A DNA stretch of 64,000 bases, from the NCBI GenBank assembly GCA_963813635.1, contig CAWEZO010000002.1:951265-1015264 (forward strand), read 5' to 3'. The DNA is from an uncultured Actinomycetes bacterium (GTDB lineage: Bacteria; Actinomycetota; Acidimicrobiia; IMCC26256; JBBRZM01). Positions 7,768-17,865 of the stretch are shown here, in pieces (the first letter of the stretch is position 1; each line of letters begins with the position of its first letter). The position numbers were made by a program, and so were the translations under genes. The notes under the pieces are model-generated. The model saw nothing but the letters and a program-made list of their open reading frames with translations, was not told the origin of the DNA and searched no databases.

Positions 7768-8457
7768 ATGGCAATTCCTCACGAACCGCCCGATGACGAC
7801 GCCCAAGCAGACGATCCCACTTTGGCCGAGCTCGAACGGGAACTTTGCCGGCTCCCCGACGTCACGGCAGCGCGGATCGTGCCCGACGGAGCGTACCGGC
7901 CGATCGAGGTGCACATTCTGGCCCGGCCCGGCAAGCCGGCAAAGCAAGTGGTGCGTGACGTGCAGTCGGTCGCGCTCGCGACGTTCGGCATCGAGCTCGA
8001 CCGTCGCATCGTGTCGGTCGTGCAGCTCGGCGAAAACGGCGACAGCGGTCCCCGCGTCGACGACGGCGATGACGCGCGCGGCTTTCGTCCGCGCATCACA
8101 ACGATCAACGCGGAGTCGAACGGCCTACGCTCGCTGGTCCGAGTGACGCTCGAGCACAACGGCAATGAAGCGATCGGTTTCTCTGAAGGCTCGAGCGCGA
8201 CCGCCCAACTCGTCGCCGCCGCGACCATCGACGCGCTGGGTCAGATCGAGCCGGTTGCCGAGTGCATCGGCCTCGACAGCGCGCAGATCGTGCGCGTGGG
8301 GATCCACGACGTCGCATTGGTCACGGCCGTGTTCGTGGTGCCGCCGACCGAGGAATTCGTCGTGGGTTCGGCCTTCGTGCGCCACCACCAGGAAGCGGAA
8401 GCGATCGCCCGCGCGGTGCTCGACTCGACCAACCGCCGGCTGGCCCAGCTCCGTTAG
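7768..8457 (+). CDS. hypothetical protein (two-part, no recognised domain)
   Basis: 229-aa track ORF. ATG is preceded by GGAGGAAGGGG. Codon bias is host-like. It lies 26 nt upstream of the glycosyltransferase. Confidence 0.6.
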   Translation: MAIPHEPPDDDAQADDPTLAELERELCRLPDVTAARIVPDGAYRPIEVHILARPGKPAKQVVRDVQSVALATFGIELDRRIVSVVQLGENGDSGPRVDDGDDARGFRPRITTINAESNGLRSLVRVTLEHNGNEAIGFSEGSSATAQLVAAATIDALGQIEPVAECIGLDSAQIVRVGIHDVALVTAVFVVPPTEEFVVGSAFVRHHQEAEAIARAVLDSTNRRLAQLR

Positions 8458-8482
8458 CCGCCGCCCCACCTGGTCGACCACG

Positions 8483-9571
8483 ATGGTGCCCATGGCACCC
8501 GTCGCGGCGTTCGTCTCGTACCGGCTCGGTGGCACCGACGGCGTGTCGATCGAAGCGGCCAAGTGGCAGTGGGCGCTGCACGAGCTCGGCTTCACCACAC
8601 GCCGGGTCGCCGGCGAGCTGCACGACGACGCACAACCCGGTGACGTGACGATCGCCGGCCTTGCGATTGATGCCGGCGAGGCTCCTGACCAGGCTGCGCT
8701 CGCCGCCTCGCTCGACGGCGCGAATCTCGTCGTCGTCGAGAACCTCTGCTCCCTCCCGCTCAACCTCGCGGCCGCGCGCGCCACCGCGGCGGTGCTCGCG
8801 AACCTCCCGGCCGGGGTGGTGTTTCACCACCATGACCTCGCGTGGCAACGCCCGCAGCTGGCGCACCTGAGCGAGTTCCCGCCTCGCCGCCGCGGCTCCC
8901 TGCACGTGACCATCAACGACGTGTCGCGCCATGAGCTCGCGCAGCGGGGCATCGACGCCGTCACCATCCGCAACGCATTCGACTTCGACGCCCCGCCCGG
9001 CGATCGCGAGCTCACCCGCAAGGAGATGGACTTTGCCGACAACGAGCTCGTCGTGCTCCAGCCGACGCGCGCCATCGCCCGCAAGAATGTGCCCGCGGGC
9101 TTGTGCTTCGCGGAGCGGCTGCGCGCCCTCGTCACCGACCGGCCGGTGCGTTATTGGCTCACCGGGCCGGCGGAGGACGGCTACGACGCGACACTCGCGG
9201 CAACGCTGGCCGGCGCCACGGTCCTGCTGGCCAACGGCCGGACCCTGCGTCCGGCCGACGCGTACGCCGCCGCCGACGTGGTCGTGTTCCCATCGGCGTG
9301 GGAGGGCTTCGGCAATCCGTTCATCGAGTCGATCGTGGCCCGCCGTCCGATCGCCGTCGCCGACTACCCGGTGCTCCACGAGCTTCGCGACGTGCTCGAC
9401 CTCGAGCTGTGGGACGTCACCGACCCGGAAACGATTGCGGCGTGGCTCGCTGCACCCGATCCCGTCCGTCTCGAAGCCAACCGCGAGCGCGCCCGCGCCC
9501 GTCTCGACGTGGCCGATCTGCCGGCGCGCATCCGCGCCGCGTTCGATGCGGTGGGATGGAGTGCATGGTGA
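8483..9571 (+). CDS. GT-B fold glycosyltransferase, family 4 type
   Basis: Start at internal ATG 8483 of track ORF 8165..9571 (MVPMAPVAAFVSYRLGGTDGVSIEAAKW). The C-terminal half carries the GT4 E-x7-E-like motif FPSAWEGFGNPFIES. Confidence 0.8.
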   Translation: MVPMAPVAAFVSYRLGGTDGVSIEAAKWQWALHELGFTTRRVAGELHDDAQPGDVTIAGLAIDAGEAPDQAALAASLDGANLVVVENLCSLPLNLAAARATAAVLANLPAGVVFHHHDLAWQRPQLAHLSEFPPRRRGSLHVTINDVSRHELAQRGIDAVTIRNAFDFDAPPGDRELTRKEMDFADNELVVLQPTRAIARKNVPAGLCFAERLRALVTDRPVRYWLTGPAEDGYDATLAATLAGATVLLANGRTLRPADAYAAADVVVFPSAWEGFGNPFIESIVARRPIAVADYPVLHELRDVLDLELWDVTDPETIAAWLAAPDPVRLEANRERARARLDVADLPARIRAAFDAVGWSAW

Positions 9572-9879
9572 ACGCCCCGCACGTGCCGCACGACGACGTC
9601 ACCGCCCGCCGCGCCCGCATCGCCCGCATGGTGCGGACCGCCAAGCGGATCGGCTACAGCGCACTGCTGCTCGCGATCGTCGCGTTCGGCGTGGGACTGG
9701 CCACCGGATTCCCGTCATGGCTCGTCGCCGTCTCCGTCGGCGGGCTGATCGCCGCGTGCGTGATCCTGCCGCTGCCGATCGTGCTCGGCTACGGCGTACG
9801 CGCCGCCGAACGGGAGGAACGTCAGGCCCGCCGACCTCCATCGGCGCCCGAGGGGCGGACAGGCGGCCCGTCCGTCTAG
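9556..9879 (+). CDS. small two-TM membrane protein
   Basis: Real part of track ORF 9103..9879, starting at ATG 9556 or 9565, which overlaps the glycosyltransferase stop (ATGGTGA). It has two hydrophobic helices (YSALLLAIVAFGVGLA, WLVAVSVGGLIAACVILPLPIVL). Confidence 0.5.
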   Translation: MECMVNAPHVPHDDVTARRARIARMVRTAKRIGYSALLLAIVAFGVGLATGFPSWLVAVSVGGLIAACVILPLPIVLGYGVRAAEREERQARRPPSAPEGRTGGPSV

Positions 9880-9919
9880 GTTTGTTGCACCGGTCGAGCC
9901 GCAAATACAGGAGTACACG

Positions 9920-11023
9920 ATGCCCAAGGCAGCCGTCTGCAACGCCATCGGAGAGCCCCTCGAGATCACCGACGTCGGTCTCGAAGCACCCAAGGAGGGT
10001 GAGGTCAAGATCGAGCTCGCCGCATCGGGCGTGTGCCATTCCGATCTTTCGGTGCAGAACGGCACGCTGCTCCAGGGCCTCCCCGCGGTGCTCGGCCACG
10101 AGGGTGCCGGCGTGGTCAGCGAGGTCGGCCCGGGGGTCGATCGCCTGAAGGCCGGCGACCACGTGGTGATCTCGTGGGTACCCCAGTGCGGCGAGTGTTA
10201 CTTCTGTGCGCACGGGCAGGGCGAGCTGTGCGAAGAAGGCGTGATCGCCAACATGACCGGCGGCATGCTCGACGGCACGCCACGCTTCACCCGTGACGGC
10301 CAGCCGCTGTTGCACATGGCCGGCTGCGGCACCTTCACCCAGGCGACGGTCGTGCCCGCCATCAGCGCGATCAAGATCGACGACTCCTTCCCGCTGACGG
10401 CCGCATCGCTCATCGGCTGCAGCGTGCTGACGGGATTCGGCGCGGCCGTCAACACGGCGTCAATCGTGCAGGGCGACACCGTTGCGGTCGTCGGGTGCGG
10501 CGGCGTGGGGCTCAACGTGATCCAGGGCGCCAAGCACGCCGGCGCCGAACGCATCATCGCCATCGACATGGTCGAGGGGAAGCTGCAGACGGCCCAGAAG
10601 TTCGGTGCGACCGATCTCGTCAATCCGGCCGACGGCGACGCTGTCTCCAAAGTCATGGAGCTCACCGACCAGCGCGGCGCCGACGTGGCGTTCGAGGTCA
10701 TCGGGCTCGAGGCCACCATCGAGCAGGCGTTCAACATGGCGCGCCGCGGCGGCCAGGCGATCATCGTCGGCGTGCCGAAGATGGAAGTGATGGTCAACAT
10801 CCCCGCCGCGTTCGGCCTCGTGTTCACCGAGAAGCAGATCCGCGGCTGCTGGTACGGCTCGTCGAACGTGCACACCGACGTGCCCAAGCTCACGAAGCTC
10901 TACTCCGAGGGCAAGCTGATGCTCGACGAGCTGATCTCACGCGAGATCAAGCTCGAAGGGGTCAACGAGGCGCTCGACAACATGGGCTCGGGCGAGATCG
11001 CCCGCTCCGTCATCGTCTTCTGA
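9920..11023 (+). CDS. zinc-dependent alcohol dehydrogenase (MDR superfamily, class III-like)
   Basis: 367 aa. Motifs GVCHSDL, GHEGAGVV, the structural-zinc CGECYFCAHGQGELC and the Rossmann VAVVGCGGVGL. RBS is CAGGAG. Confidence 0.9.
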   Translation: MPKAAVCNAIGEPLEITDVGLEAPKEGEVKIELAASGVCHSDLSVQNGTLLQGLPAVLGHEGAGVVSEVGPGVDRLKAGDHVVISWVPQCGECYFCAHGQGELCEEGVIANMTGGMLDGTPRFTRDGQPLLHMAGCGTFTQATVVPAISAIKIDDSFPLTAASLIGCSVLTGFGAAVNTASIVQGDTVAVVGCGGVGLNVIQGAKHAGAERIIAIDMVEGKLQTAQKFGATDLVNPADGDAVSKVMELTDQRGADVAFEVIGLEATIEQAFNMARRGGQAIIVGVPKMEVMVNIPAAFGLVFTEKQIRGCWYGSSNVHTDVPKLTKLYSEGKLMLDELISREIKLEGVNEALDNMGSGEIARSVIVF

Positions 11024-11064
11024 GCCGCGGCGCTGCGCTCCGGCGCGGAAGTTGGAGGGCCGTC

Positions 11065-12083
11065 ATGCGTTATCGCAGGTTTGGAAAGACGGACCTCGAG
11101 GTGTCCGAGGTCGGCTTCGGCACGTGGACGATCGCGAGCGATTGGTGGGGCAAGGTCGACGACAAGGACGGCTTGTTGCGCGCCGCGCTCGACGCCGGCA
11201 TCACGTTCATCGATACCGCACCCGTCTACGGCCCTGACGGGCTGGGCGAGACGCTCCTCGCGGACTCGCTCAAGACGCACCGGAGCGAGCTCGTGATCAC
11301 CACCAAGTGCGGCTACGACCTCGACGCGCCCCGCAGGTTTCCCGGCCAGTCGGAGCGTCCGCACGACTGGCGGCCCGAGGCGGTGCGCGAGCAGCTCGAG
11401 GCATCGTTGCGCCGGCTCGGCACCGACTTCATCGACTTGTACCAGCTCCACAACGTGCGGATGGAGCCCATGCTCGCAGACGACTTGTGGGCGGAGCTCG
11501 AGGAGTTTCGGGTCGAGGGCAAAGTGCGCGAGCTCGGCGTCGCGCTCGGCCCCGCGATCGGCTGGGTCGACGAAGGGCTCCACGCGCTGCGCGAGCGACC
11601 GATTGCCTCGTTGCAGACCGTGTTCAACATCTTGGAGCAGGAGCCGGGTCTCACCTTTGGCGCCGAGCCTGCGGTGCAAGATGGCCGCGTCGGGCTGATC
11701 TCGCGCGTCCCGGCACGCGTCCGACACGTTGTCGGGAAAAGTCACGCGCTGACACCGAGTTCGAGCCCGGCGACCACCGCTCGCACCGCAACCGCGACAA
11801 CATGCTCGACAACTTCGACAAGGCCGACACGCTCACGTTCCTCTGGGAGCCCGAGACCGGGCGCACGATCGGGCAGGCGGCGATCGCCGGCATCCTCGCC
11901 AACGCCGCGTTCACCACGGTGCTCCCCACGTGCGTCACTGTCGAAGAGGTGTGTGAGTACGCCGCGGCGTCCGACATGCCGCTCACCGCCGACGAGCAGG
12001 CGCACCTCGCCGAGCTGCGGGCCGACAACTTCGGCGTCACCAACCGTTACGAGATGCCGCTCAAGAGCAGCACGGGCGCTTGA
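11065..12083 (+). pseudogene. aldo/keto reductase, two closely spaced frameshifts
   Basis: The N-terminus (MRYRRFGKTDLEVSEVGFGTW...IDTAPVYG...) is in the frame of track ORF 10495..12252. A 12-codon middle piece, HASDTLSGKVTR, is in a second frame (11714-11749). The C-terminus (DTEFEPGDHRSHRN...) is in ORF 11307..12083. Shifts are at ~11713 and ~11750. The corrected length is 338 aa. Confidence 0.8.
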
Positions 12084-12689
12084 TGCGCCTGCCCGCCGAG
12101 CAGCGCCGCCGTCAGCTCCTCGAAGTGTCGTGCGACGTGTTCGCGGCGGGCGGCTTTCACGCCACGTCGATGGACGACATCGCCCTCGCGGCCGGCGTCA
12201 CGAAGCCCGTCCTCTATCAACATTTCCCTTCGAAGCGGGCGCTGTTCGTTGAGCTGCTCCACGACGTCGGGCGCCAGCTGCTCGATCGGCTCACGACCGC
12301 AGCGAGTCGGGCCGAGACGGGCCGTGAACGCGTCGAAGTGGGTTTCGCCGCCTACTTTCAATTCGTCACGAGCAACCGGGCCGCGTTCCGCTTGCTGTTC
12401 GGCGCGTCGGTGAGAAACGACGCCGAGTTCGCCGACATCGCCGACCGCGTCCTCGACGACGCGGCCGATCTCATCAGCGTGTGGATCGAGATCGAGGGCA
12501 CACCCGAGCATCGCAAGGTGCTCGCCCATGCGCTGGTCGGCGTCGCCGAGGCGGCGAGCCGCCATGCGCTTGCTGATCCGGAAAGCTCCCAGGATGCCGC
12601 GCAGCTCGCGAAGCTGGATCTCCGAGCTTGCGTGGTTCGGCCTTCGCGGCGTGCGCGCCGACGACGAGCTCCCCGTCGCGGCGGACTGA
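12083..12689 (+). pseudogene. TetR/AcrR family transcriptional regulator, one frameshift
   Basis: HTH is FHATSMDDIALAAGVTKPVLYQHFPSK. After ...AAQLAK (~12614) the natural C-terminus WISELAWFGLRGVRADDELPVAAD-stop is in the +1 frame and ends at 12689. The ATG overlaps the AKR stop (TGATG). Confidence 0.8.
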
Positions 12690-12832
12690 CCGACGCGTCA
12701 CACACCATCCGCTGCTTCTGGGCAGAGTTTTCGACCGTAGCGGTCGAAAACTCATCCCAGAACGGGAGCCTGGTCTTGACGCACCGAGCGCTGCGGCGTC
12801 AACCTCGTCCTGGAGTCGCGGGTAGGAGGCGG

Positions 12833-14576
12833 ATGACCGAGCAACTGACCGATACCGGCGAGCGCGGGCCCGTCCACGGGAACGGTGTCGCCCGTGCCGG
12901 ATCGTTCGACGCGCTCCGGCGTGACGGTCAGTTGGTGACCAAGGTCGGCTCGATCCCGGTCGTCGTGTTCTGGCACGACGACCGGGCCTGGGCGATCGAA
13001 GACCGCTGTCCGCATATGGGGTTCCCGCTGCATCAGGGCAGCGTCGAGACCGGGCTGCTCACCTGTCACTGGCATCACGCTCGTTTCGACTTGGAGTCGG
13101 GCTGCACGCTCGACCTCTGGGCCGACGACGCCACCGCGTTCGACGTGCACGTCGACGGCGACGACGTGCTGGTTTCGGCGCGCCCGGTCGACGACCCGGT
13201 CGGGCACTTCCAGCGGCGCCTGCACGACGGCCTGGAAGAGCAGATCACGCTCGTGATCAGCAAAGCGGTGCTCGGTCTGCTCGACCTCGGCGTCGAGCCC
13301 ACCGCGATCGTGCGCACAGGCGCCGAGTACGGCGCCGCCAACCGCAACACCGGATGGGGAGCCGGTCTCACCGTGCTCGTCGCGATGGCCAACGTGCTCC
13401 CCCACCTCGATCCCGATGACCGACCACGCGCGTTGGTACACGGTCTGCGGTTCATCGCCACCGATACCGGCGGGCATCCGCCGCGCTGGCCGGTCGACGC
13501 GCTCGAGACAACGGCGATCCCCGTCGAGCGACTCGCGAGCTGGTACCGCCGGTTCATCGACACGCGCGCCGGGCAACGCGGCCGAGCGTGTGCTCGCCAC
13601 TGCGCTCGCCACAGCCGGCATCGACGACGTGGCCGCGATGATGTTTGCCGCGGCCACCGATCACGTGTTCATCGACGGCGGCCACACGGTCGACTTCACC
13701 AACAAGGCGTTCGAAGCGGTCACGCACCTCGGCGCCGACACGGCGGCGTCGCTCGTACCCACCGTCGTGCCCCAGACCGCTCGGGCCCAACGCTCGGAGG
13801 AGACCTCGGCCTGGCGTCACCCGCACGACCTCGTCGCGCTCCTCGAACAGACCACGCTCACACCCGGCGACGGCGGGTACGCCGACATCGCCGGCCTCGC
13901 CGCGCGCATCCTGGCCGATGATCCGTTCACAGTGGTCGATGCGCTCGTCGACGCCGCCGGACACGGTGCGTCGCCGGAGGAGCTGGGACGCGCCGTGGCC
14001 TACGCGGCCGCGCTGCGCCTGACGCGGTTTCACACCCGCAACGACATCGGCGACTGGGACGACGTGCATCACGCGTTCACCGCCGCCAACGCGGTGCACC
14101 AGGCGCTCGTGCGTGCGCCGCCGCCCGAGCTCGTGCGCGGCGTGCTCCAGGGCGCGCTCCGCGTGTACCTCGACCGGTTCCTCAACGTGCCCGCCGCTCG
14201 TATCCCTTCGGCGACGCAAGGTGACCTCGCCGAGCTCGACGAGTGCTGGAACGTACAGGGCCACGTCGATCGCGCCGGCGCGATCGTCGTCGGCTACTTG
14301 CGCGGCGGTGGTGATCGCGGCCGGGTCATCGCGGCGCTCGGCCACGCGTTGCTCAACGAGGATCCCGGTTTCCACTGGTACCAGGTGTACGAGGCCGGTG
14401 TGCGGCAGGCGCTCGCGTGGCCCGACGGCTCGGAGGAGTCGGCGCTGATCCTGTGCGGCGCGGCGCGGTTCCTCGCCGCACACACGCCGACGCGACGCGA
14501 GCTCTCGACGGTCGTGAGCATCGCGGACCGGTTGCGACGCGGCGACGCGCTCTACGAGGAGAGCGTCGACGCGTGA
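12833..14576 (+). pseudogene. Rieske [2Fe-2S] domain protein fused to a large (~450 aa) uncharacterised helical domain, one frameshift
   Basis: ATG 12833 follows GGTAGGAGG. Rieske motifs are CPHMGFPL and CHWHHARF. The frame switches near 13560-13570 from the 12080..13921 track ORF to ORF 13416..14576. The corrected length is 580 aa. Confidence 0.75.
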
Positions 14577-14636
14577 AGCCGCCCCGAACGGCCCGCGAGG
14601 CGAAGCGCCTCGCGGGCACCGCTCGGAATCAGCCCC

Positions 14637-16015
14637 TCAGCCGGCGGGCTTGATGTTCTGGTTCTCGTGGAACAGGTTGCCGGGGTCGTACTCGTACTTG
14701 ATCGATGCGAGCCGGCCGTAGTTGCCCTTGTAGTTGTCGCGGATCCGCCCTTGGTCGTCGCCGGCCATGAAGTTGACGTAGCCGCCGTCAGCCGAGTGCG
14801 GCTCGAGAGCCTCGTAGTAGTCCTTGACCCACTTGATGTTCTGCTCGTTGTCTGCCGGGTCGGGCCACATGCCGGCGATGACGGTCGCGAAGCTTCGCGT
14901 CGCGATACGCGAACGCCGTTGCATCGGACGGCACGCGGTGGCACGCGCCGTTGATCGGATAGATGTGCATCGTCGAGTTCACGACCGGGACCTCGGGCCC
15001 GTGCTCGAGGTGCGCCTGGATCGCCCCGTCGGTCAGCTCAGACGCGAACACCGCCTTCCAGTAGTGCTGCAGACCCGGAGGCAGCAGCGGGTCGAACGCT
15101 GCGTTGATCGCCGGATACGGCATCGGGGAGATCATCTCCGCGACCCTCGGCGCAGCATTGCGGATCGGCTCGAGCTGCTTCTCGCCCTGGTCGAGGTCGC
15201 CGGCCCAGACCGAAACCATCGCGATGAACGTCTTGCCGTGCTCCTTCTCCGGGATGAACGGCAGCGGTGGTGCGATTTGGAACGCGGGGAACACACCCAT
15301 CTGCTCCGGCGCCGTCTGCGATGTACTCGCGATAGAACTCGAGCACGTCGCGCGTGCGCTCGATCGGGTAGAAGAACAGGCCGGCGAAGATGTCCTTGAC
15401 CGGGTGCAGCTGGTACTCGAACGACGTCACGACACCGAAGTTCCCGCCGCCACCGCGCAGCGCCCAGAAGAGATCCTCGTTTTCCTTACTGCTCGCCACG
15501 AGGAGCTGACCGTCGGCGGTGACGACGTCGGCGGAGAGCAAGTTGTCGATCGACAAGCCCAGGCCGCGCGAGAGATGGCCGATCCCGCCGCCCAGCGTGA
15601 GCCCGGCGATGCCCGTCGTCGAGACGACCCCACCCGTCGTCGCGAGTCCGAAGGGATACGTCGCATGGTTGAAGTCGCCCCAGGTGCAGCCGCCCTCGGC
15701 GCGCACCGTCTGCGTGTGCGGATCGACGCGGATGCCTTTCATCAACGAGAGGTCGATCACGACGCCGTCGTCGTTGGTGCCGAATCCCGGCACGCTGTGG
15801 CCGCCGCCACGCACCGACAAGTCGAGCCCGTTCTCACGCGCGAAGTCGACGCATGCCATCACGTCGCCGGCGTCGACGCACCGGACCACCACGCGCGGCC
15901 GGCGATCGATCATGCCGTTGTAGACCTTGCGAGCTTCGTCGTAGTCGGGGTCGTCCGCGGTGATCACCGCTCCGCGCGCGCTCTCCCGCAGGTCTTCGAT
16001 CGTCGGCTTCGCCAT
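14637..16015 (-). pseudogene. FAD-linked oxidase (PCMH-type FAD-binding plus BBE-like C-terminus), two frameshifts
   Basis: Joins track ORFs 15038..16201 (from ATG 16015: MAKPTIEDL..., VRGGGHS, GGGIGHLSR, RGGGGNFGVVT), 14788..15300 and 14637..14924 (...YVNFMAGDD...NYGRLASIKYEYDPGNLFHENQNIKP). Extra bases are at ~15308 and ~14894. Confidence 0.8.
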
Positions 16016-16217
16016 CGGAGCCCCTCTCGTCGCCGTGTGCCGCACCAAGACCCTGCCGCACCCGGCGAGATGCCGAGCAACGAACTCGCACAGTAATCCC
16101 GAAACCCGCGCTTGAGAAGCCCCCACGTCGCTGCGGCGACCGTTTCGCGGCTGCCGGGAACGGACCCACGCGACTCGGTAGATTGCGGTCCCGTCGAGCA
16201 AAGGGACCGCGCGATCG

Positions 16218-16924
16218 ATGCCCGAGGCCGTTCACGTCCACCTGCCCCACGAGCTGAACGAGGGGAGCCACCCGCCCGTCTTACGTCGCGAGCGCCTGTT
16301 CGAGCTCGCCGCGGTCCTGCTGTTGTCGGTCGCGACGGTGTGCATCGCCTGGAGCGGCTACCAGGCCGCGAAGTGGAGCGGGCTCCAGGCCCGCCGGTAC
16401 GCGCAGGCGAGCACCGCACGCGCCCTCGCGAATCGTGCGGCGACGCTCGGGGGCCAGGAGCGGCTCCAGGACCTCACCAACTTCAACCGGTGGCTCGAGC
16501 TGACGACCCAGCCGACCCAAGTGAACCTCGAGCTGGCCGAGCTCTACAACCGCCGGTTCCGGCCCGAGTTTCGGCCCGCGTTCAAGCCTGGCTCGCCCAG
16601 GCACCGATGGGCGATCTGCAGGCCGCCGCGAACGACACGTCAACTATCGCCAGTCCGCTCCTCATGCCGCAATATCGGCTCGCCAACCTCGTGAAGGCAG
16701 ACAAACTCGAGGCCACCGGCAACATACGCTTCGACCAAGCAAAGGACGCGACCGAGCACGCCGACAACTACATCTTCGGCACGGTCTTCTTCGCCGCCGT
16801 GCTCTTCTTCGCCGCCATCTCGATGCGCTTCGACTGGGTGCCGATGCGCGTGACGGTGCTCGTGCTCGCGTTGGTGTTCCTCGGCTACGGCGTCGCCAAG
16901 CTCACCAGCCTGCCGACGCTCTGA
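16218..16924 (+). pseudogene. hypothetical membrane protein (N- and C-terminal TM helices), one frameshift
   Basis: Track ORF 16218..16694 reads well to ...RRFRPEFRPAF. It then continues in the frame of ORF 16112..16924 (QAWLAQAPMGDL...FFAAVLFFAAISM...). One base is missing near 16586. Confidence 0.5.
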
Positions 16925-16932
16925 GTCGCGAC

Positions 16933-17834
16933 ATGTCCGAGCCGGCCGTACGTATCGAAGGTTTGACGAAGCGCTTCGGCGGCATCGAGGTGCTCCGATC
17001 ACTGGATCTCGAGATCGCGCGGGGTGAGGTCTTCGGGTACCTGGGTCCGAACGGTGCGGGCAAGACCGTGACCATCCGGCTCTTACTCGGTTTGCTGCGA
17101 CCGAGTTCGGGGCGCGCCGAGATCTTCGGGTTCGACAGTCGGCGGCAGACGATCGCTGCGCACCGCAAGCTCGCGTACGTACCGGGTGAGGCCAGCCTCT
17201 GGCCGGCGCTCACCGGGGCCGAGACGCTGCACTTGCTCGGTGAGGTCCAGGGGACGGTCGACACTACCTATCGCGACGTGCTCATCGAGCGGTTCAAGCT
17301 CGAGCCGTCGAAGAAGGTGCGCGCGTATTCGAAAGGCAACCGCCAGAAGCTGATCCTGATCGCGGCGCTGATGACGCGCGCCGAGCTTCTCCTGCTCGAC
17401 GAGCCCACGAGCGGCTTGGATCCGCTCATGGAGCAGGCGTTTCGCGCGCGTGCATCGACGAAGCCCGCGACGCCGGCCAGACCGTCTTCCTCTCGTCACA
17501 CATCCTGAGTGAGGTCGAGGCGCTGTGCGACCGCGTCGGAATTCTGCGCGCCGGCGAGCTGGTGGACATCGGGACGCTCGCACAGATGCGTCACTTGTCG
17601 GCGCTGTCGGTGGAAGCAACCTTCGACACGACGCCACCGGACATGTCCCGTGTGCCGGGTGTCAGCGCCGTCGTTGTCGATGGGCATCGAGTCCGCTGTC
17701 ACGTGCAGGGAACGGTGGAGCCGCTCCTCAAGGCGCTCGCAGCATCAGGGGTACACGAGCTGCTGAGCCGGGAACCATCGCTCGAGGAGCTGTTCCTCGC
17801 GCACTACGGAGCCGCGGGTGGCGACGGTCCCTGA
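16933..17834 (+). pseudogene. ABC transporter ATP-binding protein (ABC-2/DrrA-like), one frameshift
   Basis: Walker A is GPNGAGKT, the signature is YSKGNRQKL and Walker B is LLLLDEPTSGLD. After LMEQAFRA (~17450, CG run) the frame moves to CIDEARDAGQTVFLSSHILSEVE..., which ends at 17834. Confidence 0.85.
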
Positions 17835-17865
17835 GGTTCGCGCCGCGCCCACAGGTCGCCACGTC

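Noticed and set aside
12080-13921. A 613-aa ORF that looks like a TetR-Rieske fusion protein.
   Set aside because: It is an artefact of a missing stop. The TetR C-terminus (WISELAWFGLRGV...AAD-stop at 12689) is in another frame after a 1-nt indel. The Rieske gene has its own RBS and ATG at 12833. The stretch between them is junk translation.
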